From IMG/VR virus record IMGVR_UViG_3300042197_001007: 64,000 bases of DNA; one strand, 5' to 3'. The first letter of the stretch is position 1, and every line of letters begins with the position of its first letter. The notes beneath the pieces are model-generated. The model was not told the DNA's origin and did not search any database. It saw nothing but the letters and a program-made list of their open reading frames with translations. Shown one piece after another: positions 54,788 through 64,000 of the stretch. A program made the position numbers and the translations under genes. The DNA is from a virus.

Positions 54788-55498
54788 TTAAACGTTGCGA
54801 ACAGCAAAGTCAAGAGCAGATTGGAATGTGGAAGCATCCTTATTCAATAGGTAACGGAACTGGTTTTGCTTCTCATCATCTAGCTGAGCATAACAAGCGG
54901 CAATGCGTTTTGCCGAGAAGTTGTCTAAGTTTTGAGTGCTGCCATCGCTAAACTGAATTTTAGCGAAAGAAGCTTCACCGCTTGGGTTCAACTCAGATGT
55001 TGCTACGTCTAAAGCAACCTGTATAACATCTTGATTTTCCATCATCATATTTCCCGTTGGTTCAAATGAGTTTTTTTGTACGCGCTTCTGCTGCTCAGAT
55101 GCTTTCTTTTTAAAATCAGCAAGACGAGCTTTCATGAGAGTATCCATTTCTCTCGTCTTGTTCATCATCTTTTCTTTCGCTTCTTTACGCTTCTTCTGAA
55201 GATCTTTCTGACGGTTCAGCTTCTTCATCTGACCGATTTGCTTTTGTGCTCTCTCTGTTTCAGAGGGAACTGCTTCAGAAATAATTTGTTCTTCTATATG
55301 TTCTTTCATTTTTCTGCGTTGAATACGATTAAAGAGAGCACGAGCACCTTTTGTGCGTCCGTCGATTTTTTCTTGGTTTGCCTTCTTATATCTACGATGT
55401 TGTTTAGGATTGATTAATACAAAAGCAGGTGGTAACTGAAGGGATGAACCATCACCGGCAACCATTTCATTTAGATTAAGTTCAGACTTTTCAGACAT
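54788..55498 (-). CDS. Conserved hypothetical protein
   Basis: DGRTKGAR motif; charged coiled coil. Confidence 0.75.
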   Translation of the reverse strand: MSEKSELNLNEMVAGDGSSLQLPPAFVLINPKQHRRYKKANQEKIDGRTKGARALFNRIQRRKMKEHIEEQIISEAVPSETERAQKQIGQMKKLNRQKDLQKKRKEAKEKMMNKTREMDTLMKARLADFKKKASEQQKRVQKNSFEPTGNMMMENQDVIQVALDVATSELNPSGEASFAKIQFSDGSTQNLDNFSAKRIAACYAQLDDEKQNQFRYLLNKDASTFQSALDFAVRNV

Positions 55499-55827
55499 TC
55501 CTGGTCAACATCCTCGTTAAGTGAAGGGGGTAATCTATTTAGAAACAACATAAATGCTCTAATTTGTGACCAATATGTTGCTTCAGTTTTATAAAAAAGC
55601 AGCGGTGTTGCTGCGTCATCAAATACATTATACAATACTATCACATGATTTAGAATGAGATGAGTTTTCAATTCACCCGTCGTTTCGTATCTCTTAAGTA
55701 ATCTTTTGATGTATTTGAAGCGTTTTAAGTCTTCTTCAAAATCAGCGTAAGTTACAGACGACGGGTTATGATAATTTTGAATGGCAAAGAACAACCAATT
55801 CTCATGATTTAATTCACTAATATTCAT
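55471..55827 (-). CDS. Conserved T4-like hypothetical protein
   Basis: FAIQNY.NP..F.EDLKRFKYIKRL..HLILNH.IVLYNVF. Confidence 0.8.
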   Translation of the reverse strand: MNISELNHENWLFFAIQNYHNPSSVTYADFEEDLKRFKYIKRLLKRYETTGELKTHLILNHVIVLYNVFDDAATPLLFYKTEATYWSQIRAFMLFLNRLPPSLNEDVDQECLKSLNLI

Positions 55828-55832
55828 TTAGA

Positions 55833-56675
55833 TCATGCTGCGGTAACAGTTAAAGTTGCTGCGTTAGAAACAACTTCTTCGGCACCAGCAGATGATGTAA
55901 TTCTGACACGATACTGATAACCGTTTGCTGTTGTTGTAAGACCGGTGAGAGCAAGTGAAGAACTTGTAGCACCAGAAACGTTTGCCCACTTAGCAGTGCT
56001 GCCTGCTTTACGCTGCCATTGATAAACAAGAGATCCAGTGGTAGCAGAAGCAGTAACAGAGAATGTATGAGCAGCAGTAGCAACAGTAGCAACAGTGATT
56101 GTGAGATCATTGGTTGGTGAAGTTCCACCAAGAGCTGTTCCAAGAACTGTAATGGTATCATTAGCAGCAAATCCGGAACCAGCAGCAGTTTGTGTAACTG
56201 TGTAAGTTCCGCCAGCACGAGAAACATTGAATGTTGCTCCAGTTCCAGAACCACTTGTTGTATAAGCAACGTTGGTGTAGGAAGCAGTTCCAGCAGCAGC
56301 AGTTCCAGCAACAGTTCTGGTTAGAATACCACCAGCTGGTGTGTATGTAGTAGCACTTGCTGGTTGTCCAGAGATAGTGATGGCAGATGCTACGTCTGCT
56401 GCGATGGTGTCATCGGACTGAGTTTCGTTAGCATTGGTATCTGGATTAGCAATGGTAACGAGATGCTCTGCTTTATGGCGAGTGTTGCCTTCACAATCAG
56501 TATATGTAAAATACGACCACCAACCAGGAGCGTTAATTCCACGCTCTTTATTTTCTGATAATGCGGCTTCGGTATTATCTACAAATACAATTGTTTTTGC
56601 TTGTGATGACGCAGCAACGCCTCTTTCAGCTTTTGTTTTATTGGTGTTGCTGTCAGTTCTTCCGTACAGAGACAT
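55833..56675 (-). CDS. Virion protein with C-terminal Ig-like domain
   Basis: MSLYGRTD..PGWW; YQWQ..YQYRV. Confidence 0.75.
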   Translation of the reverse strand: MSLYGRTDSNTNKTKAERGVAASSQAKTIVFVDNTEAALSENKERGINAPGWWSYFTYTDCEGNTRHKAEHLVTIANPDTNANETQSDDTIAADVASAITISGQPASATTYTPAGGILTRTVAGTAAAGTASYTNVAYTTSGSGTGATFNVSRAGGTYTVTQTAAGSGFAANDTITVLGTALGGTSPTNDLTITVATVATAAHTFSVTASATTGSLVYQWQRKAGSTAKWANVSGATSSSLALTGLTTTANGYQYRVRITSSAGAEEVVSNAATLTVTAA

Positions 56676-56744
56676 CTAATTTCTCCAATGAGATCTATTT
56701 TCTAATTTTATTTATAAAAAAGGGGGATTGGATCCCCCTTCTTA

Positions 56745-56921
56745 TTACTTACAGTTCTTGAGAAGAGCTGTTCTTACAGTGCCAGCAATCAAGTTATCAA
56801 CGTCATTATCGGTTGATGCTGCGTAGCGATCTAAAAGATCACATACAAGTTTTTTTGTGTGGCAAGAGGCAATAGCAGCAAATAAAAGTGGCTTAACAAG
56901 TTCTACGAGTTGACCGAGCAT
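56745..56921 (-). CDS. Small protein (58 aa, MLGQLVELVKPLLF..STDNDVD)
   Basis: Manual translation; late promoter at 56947-56952; terminator-like hairpin at 56716-56741. Confidence 0.65.
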   Translation of the reverse strand: MLGQLVELVKPLLFAAIASCHTKKLVCDLLDRYAASTDNDVDNLIAGTVRTALLKNCK

Positions 56922-56956
56922 GATTAGAGACCAAAATCTACAAAATTATTTATGAT

Positions 56957-57355
56957 TTATTTGCCTCTAACACTCATCATGTAATCGGTAGCTGTCTGAA
57001 CATAGTCTGCTGCCATCGTGATTTTCGATTGAACCCACTCAGGTAGATTGTCAGCAGGTTGTAACATATCATGTAATTCCTGAGCATTACGAATAATTCC
57101 TTTCAATTGGGTCTTTGCCATATCTCCTTCATAATCATATTCACCCCTGTCATAATTTTCTTTCTTGATATCTGGGTGAGGAGAATAAAGTGGTCCTTTG
57201 TAGTTGCCAGCAAATCCTTCGTTTGTAGCTCTGGTGGTCATACCCTTCTGACCATCGTTGATTGTTGGCATCACTTCAACGGTTGCTTTCTTTTTACCTT
57301 TGCTTTCTTTCTTTTCGCAACCGCACTCTTCACAGAATTTCTTAAAGGATTTCAT
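56957..57355 (-). CDS. Hypothetical protein
   Basis: MKSFKKF start; GDMAKTQL..LPEWVQSKIT. Confidence 0.75.
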   Translation of the reverse strand: MKSFKKFCEECGCEKKESKGKKKATVEVMPTINDGQKGMTTRATNEGFAGNYKGPLYSPHPDIKKENYDRGEYDYEGDMAKTQLKGIIRNAQELHDMLQPADNLPEWVQSKITMAADYVQTATDYMMSVRGK

Positions 57356-58065
57356 GACTTCTTCATTGCCATAATTTTACTAATCTTCTTGCGACGAGCA
57401 GCAAGATACTTATCTGACTTATCCTTGTCACCGTCGTTATCAATATCTCCATCTTCCTTGCCGACAGGATCCATACCTTCTTTCTTCATCTTGTTCTTAT
57501 GCTTCCAAGCAGTAGCATAAGCAATTGACTTTTCTTTATCAGTCAATTCACCATCCTTAGAATATGACTTCTTGATGTGCTTGACCATACGCTCTGACTT
57601 AGCACCAGGAGGAGCAACTTCAGCAAGATCTTCTCCACCTTCTGGTTCAAAACCAGCCTTGACACAATCATTAACTTCTTTGCCACCCTTTACTTTGGTG
57701 CCAACTTTCTTGTAACCTTTCCAGCAAGTTTTGAAACCGTTGTCATCTTTACCGTCCATCTTGACTTTCTCAATGACATAGACTTCACCATCAATCTCAT
57801 ACTCTTCTCTTTCAAGAACTTCGTACTCTTCTTTGGTTGCTAACTGTGCCTTTGGACTTTCTTTCTTAGCAGTCTTTTTCTTGGTAGTGGTGCTCTCAAT
57901 CTCTGCTCCATGTGACTGAGGATCCATGCCATCAAATGGTGCTTCACTGATTGTATTTGGAGTTTGGAAACCGTCACCCTCCATCCAACGACCAAATGCT
58001 TCCATCAATCCGGAAGAAAACTCATCATTATTTTGAACTGTATTAACTGGCTTCTGATACTTCAT
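57352..58065 (-). CDS. Hypothetical protein (possible internal head protein)
   Basis: CWKGYK, AYATAWK, DGDIDNDGD motifs. Confidence 0.7.
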   Translation of the reverse strand: MKYQKPVNTVQNNDEFSSGLMEAFGRWMEGDGFQTPNTISEAPFDGMDPQSHGAEIESTTTKKKTAKKESPKAQLATKEEYEVLEREEYEIDGEVYVIEKVKMDGKDDNGFKTCWKGYKKVGTKVKGGKEVNDCVKAGFEPEGGEDLAEVAPPGAKSERMVKHIKKSYSKDGELTDKEKSIAYATAWKHKNKMKKEGMDPVGKEDGDIDNDGDKDKSDKYLAARRKKISKIMAMKKS

Positions 58066-58297
58066 TGTTGTAGTGAAAGGTTCTCTTTTGATTATTTATA
58101 GATCTTACATTCCTAATCCACTCACGGAACATTTCACCATCTTCTGTAATGATGATCGCATAATTTCCACCAACTCTATGAATTATTCCCTTCTCTCCGT
58201 TGCGTGAAGACATAACAACATCACCTTCCTTAAAAACTTCCTGCTGCCTTTGTTGTTGGCGCAGTGCTTCTTCTCGTAGTTTTTTAAAATCCTTCAT
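58043..58297 (-). CDS. Hypothetical protein (SH3-like)
   Basis: FKEGD.V..G.I.RVG.NY..W. Confidence 0.7.
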   Translation of the reverse strand: MKDFKKLREEALRQQQRQQEVFKEGDVVMSSRNGEKGIIHRVGGNYAIIITEDGEMFREWIRNVRSINNQKRTFHYNNEVSEAS

Positions 58298-58848
58298 TTA
58301 ATCCCCAATCCTTCCCTAACTTCTTTCATTAAATTCATCATTTCTTTGTCGTCTAAAGTAGATGGTATACCTTGTCTAAACACAGCAACATTTGCGTTTG
58401 TTGCTGCCTCTCTCATTTTGCTAGCTGACATTCCAGTTGCTCCATCAGCATCAGGATCTCGTTCGCCAGCAGATTTTGTTTCAAGAGATCTAAATGTATA
58501 CTCAGTTCCGTTATAACGTTGAATCAAAGTGTCCATTTCTGCTACACGATCACTACCAACAACAAGAGTAAGATCTGAGTATTCACCTTGTAGACTTTGA
58601 AGAACTTTAATAATCGTCTTCAAGTCCGTATCTAACATAATATGATCCTTGTGTGTTGGAAACATTTTTTTCATGTATCCCACTTTTTGAGCAGAAGTTA
58701 AAGGATTTTTTTTCTTATCTTGAGTGTGACTGGTATAGATTTTATAGTCATCGGTTCCAGCAATCCTCGCCACGGCATTGATCAATTTTTCATGACCAAT
58801 CGTGGGAGGATTGAAGCGACCGAAAGTAATGACTACTCTCTTAAACAT
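58294..58848 (-). CDS. Cytidyltransferase-like (HIGH-motif) nucleotidyltransferase
   Basis: FGRFNPPTIGH, VVGSDR, SAGERD, MSASKMR. Confidence 0.9.
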   Translation of the reverse strand: MFKRVVITFGRFNPPTIGHEKLINAVARIAGTDDYKIYTSHTQDKKKNPLTSAQKVGYMKKMFPTHKDHIMLDTDLKTIIKVLQSLQGEYSDLTLVVGSDRVAEMDTLIQRYNGTEYTFRSLETKSAGERDPDADGATGMSASKMREAATNANVAVFRQGIPSTLDDKEMMNLMKEVREGLGIK

Positions 58849-58860
58849 TTTTATTAGTAT

Positions 58861-60072
58861 TTAGTTTCCTTTCACCCAGTTCTTTTGGAGAGTAAAGTTT
58901 GCCTGACTGAATTCAAGGCGGTCAACTAACTTGGTAGCAGAACCATCCTTGATAGCTACAAATCCTTCTGGAGCAGTAACTTTAAATCCATCATCAGTGC
59001 GAAGGAACGTGCGAGTGCTGTCAGCAGATTCCAATTTCTTCACAAAGAGATTTTTGGCATTCTGAAGAATGACGTAGAGAGTAATCGTTGCCTTGAAACC
59101 AGCGATGTTAGATTCCACGAACTCGATACCATCATAGAGTTTCTTCAATTTAGCAGCCTTGGTTTTCTCCTGCTTCACTTTGTTAACTTCCTTCATCATC
59201 GTTTCATGATAAGCATTCTTAAAGTCATTGATAAATTTGTTGACATTATTGATACGTTTGCCTTCTCTTACATAGGTATTGAAGTAAGTTTTCAAACGAG
59301 TGCCAACGCTAAAGTTATCGTTGGAATTAATTTGGGCAGATACTTCATCCAAGAAAGAACCGGCACTGCGAAGAGCAACAGGAGCAGTTCTCTTCATATT
59401 CTGAAGAGTTTTACGCTCGTTAACAGTCAAGATCATATTGCTGCCTAAAGTATCAACCTCAGCACTAATTACAAATACATCATCACTATTGGTAAAAGTA
59501 TTTACATCGACCCCAAACGTCGCGTAAGAACTGGCAATACTTCCACCAACATAACGAGTATGAAATACAACACCAATCTTAGATCGCTTTGCTTTATTGT
59601 ATGCCGAAGTTTCTTTGGGTATGGCATATGTAATAGTGTTAGGAGTAAAGGTAAGATAATCTACTCCGTCTATCTTCTCTACTTTAGCATCGTCAGTAAA
59701 AAGTAAATCTCCTTGAATAATACCTCTGATATTAAGTTTAGGAAAATACTTTAGAGCAACTTTAAGTTTTTCAACAAGACCAGGAGAATTACCATGATTT
59801 TTTTCAATATCATCATTGGTATAATTTATCTTAGGTTCTGTCTTATTAAAAACAGATTTAGTACCAACAAAAAATTTTTTGTTTTCCGGATCAATGCCGC
59901 AAATTATAGCAGGAGCTCCATCCCACTTCGTCGTGATTTTAAAGTTACTGGTTTGAGTGCCACTAAAAGTTTTGGTGAGGGCGTCAAGAAAAGCAAACGC
60001 ATCCTTAGCACCTTCCTTTCCATCAAAAAGGATACTGTCTTCTAAGTGTTCTAAGTGCGTGTTCTTGCTCAT
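58861..60072 (-). CDS. Conserved T4-like hypothetical protein (403 aa)
   Basis: HLEHLED, TKWDGAPA, QGDLLF, PEGFV, KLVDRLEFS. Confidence 0.8.
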   Translation of the reverse strand: MSKNTHLEHLEDSILFDGKEGAKDAFAFLDALTKTFSGTQTSNFKITTKWDGAPAIICGIDPENKKFFVGTKSVFNKTEPKINYTNDDIEKNHGNSPGLVEKLKVALKYFPKLNIRGIIQGDLLFTDDAKVEKIDGVDYLTFTPNTITYAIPKETSAYNKAKRSKIGVVFHTRYVGGSIASSYATFGVDVNTFTNSDDVFVISAEVDTLGSNMILTVNERKTLQNMKRTAPVALRSAGSFLDEVSAQINSNDNFSVGTRLKTYFNTYVREGKRINNVNKFINDFKNAYHETMMKEVNKVKQEKTKAAKLKKLYDGIEFVESNIAGFKATITLYVILQNAKNLFVKKLESADSTRTFLRTDDGFKVTAPEGFVAIKDGSATKLVDRLEFSQANFTLQKNWVKGN

Positions 60073-61352
60073 GCTGGGTTCATTTGATAGTTTCCGTTGC
60101 GATCTTTTGATACGATGAATTTAGCGGAGCGGCTCGCTCTCGGTTGAACCACCACTCTAGCACCTTGGATGCCATACTGTCTTCTGTCGCCTTTGTTAAT
60201 AAGCATTAATACTGGTTCATAATCGCCAGTCATAGGAGTTGGGTTCATAACCAAATGAGCGGACATTTCTAATTTATATTTACTTCCTATTTTTCTTAAT
60301 GATGGTGTTCCTTGTAAAACCCCAGTACAATTAGATATTCCATATGTAGAAGTTCCAAAATTTTTCCCATAAACAGATTCCATTTTTAAAGCATTATCTT
60401 GAATTTCCATCATCGCAGTAAAACCCTTTCCACTAGATTGTTGAAAATCATACTGCATTCCAGAACCGCAAAAATAAGAAAGATATTTTGCGAAAGATCT
60501 AATTTCCGGAAATTTATCCAACGTTTCATCTGCGCCATCCTTATCATTTGCGTAATGACTAACGCCACCCCATTGTTGAAAATGGCTTGCGCGTGATCCT
60601 TGCTTATGAGAAAACCAAGCAACATCTACAAGTTTTCTATTTTCTAAAGCAACAAAAGCAAGATCCGCTTTAACGTTTCCTTCAACTTTATTAACTCCAA
60701 CAATATTAGAAAAAGTTTTATTTCCTATTTGTAAATCTATCATAGGAACACCAAGATCATCAAGTGCTTTATTAAAGGTGTTTATAAAATCTGCTTCTCC
60801 CTGTTCAGTCGCTGATGGGTTATTCAATGAATACGAAGAGTCAATTGTATTCACATAAAATTCTAGTTTACCCCAATATATTCCAGGTTTACTTCCACCA
60901 GAAACTTTTCCCCCAAAACCAACATCTATTCCCATTCCATTATCTTTTAAAATTTTTCCACTATTAACAGAACTAGCAGTTGATTTTGTTGTTGTTGTGT
61001 AAAAGTTTACACGAAAAGGAGCTTTAGCTAGATCATATGGATTATTTTTAATTAACTCTTCTATTTTTTTTAATATACCATTTTTTCCAGAATAAAAATT
61101 TTCAAATGAAGTGAACCTTTTTGGTTCAAATTCTATAAACTCTTTACTTTGTTTCCACCTGCCATTTACTTTTTCTGGTATACTAATACCAACCATTTTG
61201 AAATAAACTTCAACACCGCTATCTTCAGACAATCTATTTCTATCTAACAAAATAAATGGTCTATTATTTTTAATTCTATTGTATATGACCTCAAAACACT
61301 GTTTGTATCTTTTGGTAATTTCTCCCCAAGTTAATCCTTTGCCGCCAGCCAT
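60069..61352 (-). CDS. Hypothetical protein with possible PD-(D/E)XK-like C-terminal domain
   Basis: 427 aa, visibly AT-rich; KADLAF..FSHK pattern; own TAAATA at 61374-61379. Confidence 0.6.
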   Translation of the reverse strand: MAGGKGLTWGEITKRYKQCFEVIYNRIKNNRPFILLDRNRLSEDSGVEVYFKMVGISIPEKVNGRWKQSKEFIEFEPKRFTSFENFYSGKNGILKKIEELIKNNPYDLAKAPFRVNFYTTTTKSTASSVNSGKILKDNGMGIDVGFGGKVSGGSKPGIYWGKLEFYVNTIDSSYSLNNPSATEQGEADFINTFNKALDDLGVPMIDLQIGNKTFSNIVGVNKVEGNVKADLAFVALENRKLVDVAWFSHKQGSRASHFQQWGGVSHYANDKDGADETLDKFPEIRSFAKYLSYFCGSGMQYDFQQSSGKGFTAMMEIQDNALKMESVYGKNFGTSTYGISNCTGVLQGTPSLRKIGSKYKLEMSAHLVMNPTPMTGDYEPVLMLINKGDRRQYGIQGARVVVQPRASRSAKFIVSKDRNGNYQMNPA

Positions 61353-61394
61353 ATAAAAATACCTCCCTGCTAGTATTTAGAGGGAGGTTTATAA

Positions 61395-61808
61395 TTACAG
61401 ATCGTCCTCTGCTCGGTTTTCACTGTAGTAGATATCAAACTGACCACCAGGATATCGCTTCTCCAGCTTCTCTACATTACGAGCAAGAACTTCATCAAAG
61501 GAAATATCAAGAGCAAGAGTTGCCTGAGCAACATACCACATAATATCACCCAACTCAATAATCAGATGCTCTCTGTTATCATCATTCCAGGGTTTACCTT
61601 GAAAGATCATCTTCTTAATAATCTCAAGAAACTCACCACCTTCAGCATTAATACCAACACCAGCAGTCAACAGGCGTTCAATATTGGCTCCTTGTCGATC
61701 AAGTTCCACAATGCGATCGGCAAAATCAACAAAGTTTGTTGAGGCATCCGAGGTGACGGCAGCAACAAATTCTTTGTAACGATTAAAATCAATAGTCATA
61801 CATTCCAC
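61395..61808 (-). CDS. mazG: MazG nucleotide pyrophosphohydrolase
   Basis: EGGEFLEI.KK..ELGDIMWY..N..KL..RYP. Confidence 0.92.
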   Translation of the reverse strand: MECMTIDFNRYKEFVAAVTSDASTNFVDFADRIVELDRQGANIERLLTAGVGINAEGGEFLEIIKKMIFQGKPWNDDNREHLIIELGDIMWYVAQATLALDISFDEVLARNVEKLEKRYPGGQFDIYYSENRAEDDL

Positions 61809-63178
61809 TCAGCAAATTTAGATAAACGGTTTTGTGTTTGGGCAAATTGAGAAAACTCTTCGCCGGGGTCTTCACTATCAATGCTGATAGCGGAAGCATC
61901 ATCTGCTACATCATACAGCTTCATCTTCGCTCTGTCAATTCCCACCATGAATTTTCGTGAGGAAGTTGGGTCATTGTATCGGTTTTTAAGTTGTTTGACC
62001 ATGAGGCGACCTTGTTGTTCAAGTTCCTCAGTAGAGATAAGGGCAAACATAAAGTCAGCAGTGGCAGGAAGACCAAAAGACTCAGAAGTATCGGTAAGGT
62101 CAGGGTCAGAATTACCGTAACCACTACGAGTAGTTTGAGTAGCAGAGACAATTGGTACATTATTCTCCACAGCAAGACCGCGAAGCTCTTCAGCAATCGC
62201 TTTGACATACGTGTAAGAATTAACAATCGCACCCTTATACCTCGCGCTCGCGCAGATGTTAAGATAATCTATGAATATTATATCAGGTTTGAAACTTTTT
62301 TTCAAGGACAAATCTGAAAGTAATGCCTTAAAATGACCAGCATGGGCAGATGCCGTTGGATATTCTTTGATAATAATTTTACCTCTGGTCTTTCTGGCAA
62401 TCTCCTGAACTTTTGAAGTGAAAAGAACTTGAGGAAGTTCAGCAAGATCTTTAACATTGACATTCAGTAGGTTCGCGTCAATTCGCTCAGCAATTTTCTC
62501 CTCTGCCATTTCACATGTAATGTAGAGTACGTTACGCCCCTGTGTGAGGGCGGCAGCAGCCATATGGCACATGAATAGACTTTTCCCGACACCCGTACCA
62601 GCAAGAGCGATGTTGAGAGTTTTATTAGGGAGACCACCTTTGGTAATAAAGTTAAACTTCTCAAGATCAAACGGGATCTTTTCTTCAACACGGTGGTAGA
62701 AATCATAACGGTCTTCTGCTTGTTCAATGTAATCGTGTCCTATGTGTTCGTCAAACGATACTGCCAGGGCCTCTTGTAAGATACTGGGGATCGCATCCTT
62801 TGATAATTTTTTATCACCTCCATCTGCGATCTTGATAGACTGCATGAGAGCGAGGTAGATAGCTCTGTCTTGGCACCATTTTTCTGTGGCATCAAGGAGC
62901 CATCCGTAGTCAACCCATTCGTCTCCAAGGGACTTGAGGGTAGATAACGAACTCTGAAATGTATCTTCTGTAAGATCGTTTCTGGACTGTAGGTTGATTG
63001 AGAGAACTTCTTGAGTAGGTACTTTGTCATACTTACTGGCGAAGTCAGCAACCTCTTCAAATAAGATGCGTTCATGGTATTCGTTGAAATAGTCTGCTTT
63101 TAGAAATGGAACTACCTTGCGGTAATACTCCTCATTGAAGAGAAGATTACGCAAGATAGTTTCTTCAATACGTTCCAT
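61796..63178 (-). CDS. gp41: Replicative helicase gp41
   Basis: AGTGVGKS, TCEMAEE, DYLNI, SATQTTR, SESFGLPATAD, KQLKNRY. Confidence 0.97.
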   Translation of the reverse strand: MERIEETILRNLLFNEEYYRKVVPFLKADYFNEYHERILFEEVADFASKYDKVPTQEVLSINLQSRNDLTEDTFQSSLSTLKSLGDEWVDYGWLLDATEKWCQDRAIYLALMQSIKIADGGDKKLSKDAIPSILQEALAVSFDEHIGHDYIEQAEDRYDFYHRVEEKIPFDLEKFNFITKGGLPNKTLNIALAGTGVGKSLFMCHMAAAALTQGRNVLYITCEMAEEKIAERIDANLLNVNVKDLAELPQVLFTSKVQEIARKTRGKIIIKEYPTASAHAGHFKALLSDLSLKKSFKPDIIFIDYLNICASARYKGAIVNSYTYVKAIAEELRGLAVENNVPIVSATQTTRSGYGNSDPDLTDTSESFGLPATADFMFALISTEELEQQGRLMVKQLKNRYNDPTSSRKFMVGIDRAKMKLYDVADDASAISIDSEDPGEEFSQFAQTQNRLSKFAEWNV

Positions 63179-63182
63179 TTTA

Positions 63183-63692
63183 TTATACTAATAATTGATT
63201 TGTCATCGGATAATAGTTTAGATTTATGACGCATCTATACTTTTCATCTGTACATGTTGTTCCAGAATGCTTTAAGTTACTGGGAAATATTACTATTCTA
63301 TTGAATTTACTATTTACAATATCACCATTTTCAAAATATGTGTATCCATTATTTGTGTTAATGTAATATATCGCTGTCAAAGCATTCGGAAAAGTATGAT
63401 CTGTATGTAAATGATTTTTTTCTATATTTTTTGTTTTTGATTGAAAGTTAGATTTAATTTTTATAAGAGATGCTATTGATAAATTTTTTATAAAACCAAT
63501 ATTAACTAAGTATTCATAAAATGGTGATACAGGTTGTCCCTCTTTATAAAAGAAATGAATAAATTGGTATCTATCATCGCATTGAGATGATACTATATTA
63601 TTACAAAAAAACCACGGAAACTTAGACGATAAAATCGTATTTTGTAAATCTAATGCCAATCGCTCATCTAAAAAATTATCAAGTATTTTCAT
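63183..63692 (-). CDS. 2OG-Fe(II) oxygenase
   Basis: HTD..TAIYY.NTNNG.T..NRIV.F..H.G..R..IN.NY. Confidence 0.85.
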   Translation of the reverse strand: MKILDNFLDERLALDLQNTILSSKFPWFFCNNIVSSQCDDRYQFIHFFYKEGQPVSPFYEYLVNIGFIKNLSIASLIKIKSNFQSKTKNIEKNHLHTDHTFPNALTAIYYINTNNGYTYFENGDIVNSKFNRIVIFPSNLKHSGTTCTDEKYRCVINLNYYPMTNQLLV

Positions 63693-64000
63693 TTATGATC
63701 CATAACCAAATTCTTTCCTTGCTGCTTCTTCTAATTGTGCCATCACTTCTTCCGTGAAATATTTCTCGGGATCGGCAAGAATAACAGAAGGATAAACAGA
63801 GGATTCACCAACAACGATACGATTTCCTTTACGAGTGAATACTCCGTGCTCCTCACCCAGTTCCAATAGTCCGTAATAGCGATCCAATCCACGCTCGTCA
63901 AAGAAAAGTCTTGTGGCAATTTTACTACCCTCCTTGGTTAGTCGTGACTTCTTAGCTTCACACTTAATAATGTTCCCCACCACTTCTGTGCCGTCCTTCT
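63693..64000 (-). CDS. uvsX: RecA-like recombinase UvsX, C-terminal part (5' partial)
   Basis: GNIIKC...KSRLTKEGS..RLFFD.RGLDRYYGLLELG..EF.YGS. Confidence 0.9.
   Translation of the reverse strand, partial: KDGTEVVGNIIKCEAKKSRLTKEGSKIATRLFFDERGLDRYYGLLELGEEHGVFTRKGNRIVVGESSVYPSVILADPEKYFTEEVMAQLEEAARKEFGYGS

Noticed and set aside
58294-58848. CCA-adding enzyme serving the CCA-less tRNAs
   Set aside because: The RFNPPTIGH motif is HIGH-superfamily cytidyltransferase-like, not the Pol-beta-type fold of CCA enzymes.
1-64000. CRISPR array, transposase or integrase
   Set aside because: No regularly spaced direct repeats or recombinase/transposase motifs seen; repeats are confined to protein-coding modules and tRNAs.

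Overview
This 64-kb window comes from a T4-like cyanophage (Kyanoviridae-type myovirus, probably infecting freshwater Synechococcus or Cyanobium). Most genes are on the minus strand. It holds a giant virion/tail-fibre gene cut by the left edge, baseplate and tail genes (gp5 split in two, gp26, gp51, gp54, gp48, gp53), head genes (gp4, gp2), and replication/transcription genes (gp32, gp33, gp61, gp41, uvsX partial, nrdA, nrdB, thyX, exonuclease). Auxiliary genes are psbA, two hli, cpeT, cp12, phoH, mazG, a 2OG-Fe(II) oxygenase and an SLH porin-like protein. There are 28 tRNA genes covering all 20 amino acids. Main observations: (1) a textbook -1 frameshift signal (A AAA AAG + 5 nt + 15-bp stem) joining a C39-like peptidase to a lysozyme ORF that has no standard start codon; (2) a second -1 frameshift signal (U UUU UUC + 7 nt + stem) joining gp26 to gp51 just upstream of the tape-measure-like gene, as in lambda G/GT; (3) a gif-like nitrogen-sensing cassette (NtcA box near -30.5, glutamine riboswitch, DUF4278-like peptide); (4) an RpaB/HLR1-like box on the hli promoter; (5) several unexplained structured RNAs and atypical tRNAs. 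Family calls are from motif recognition by eye; no database search was run.
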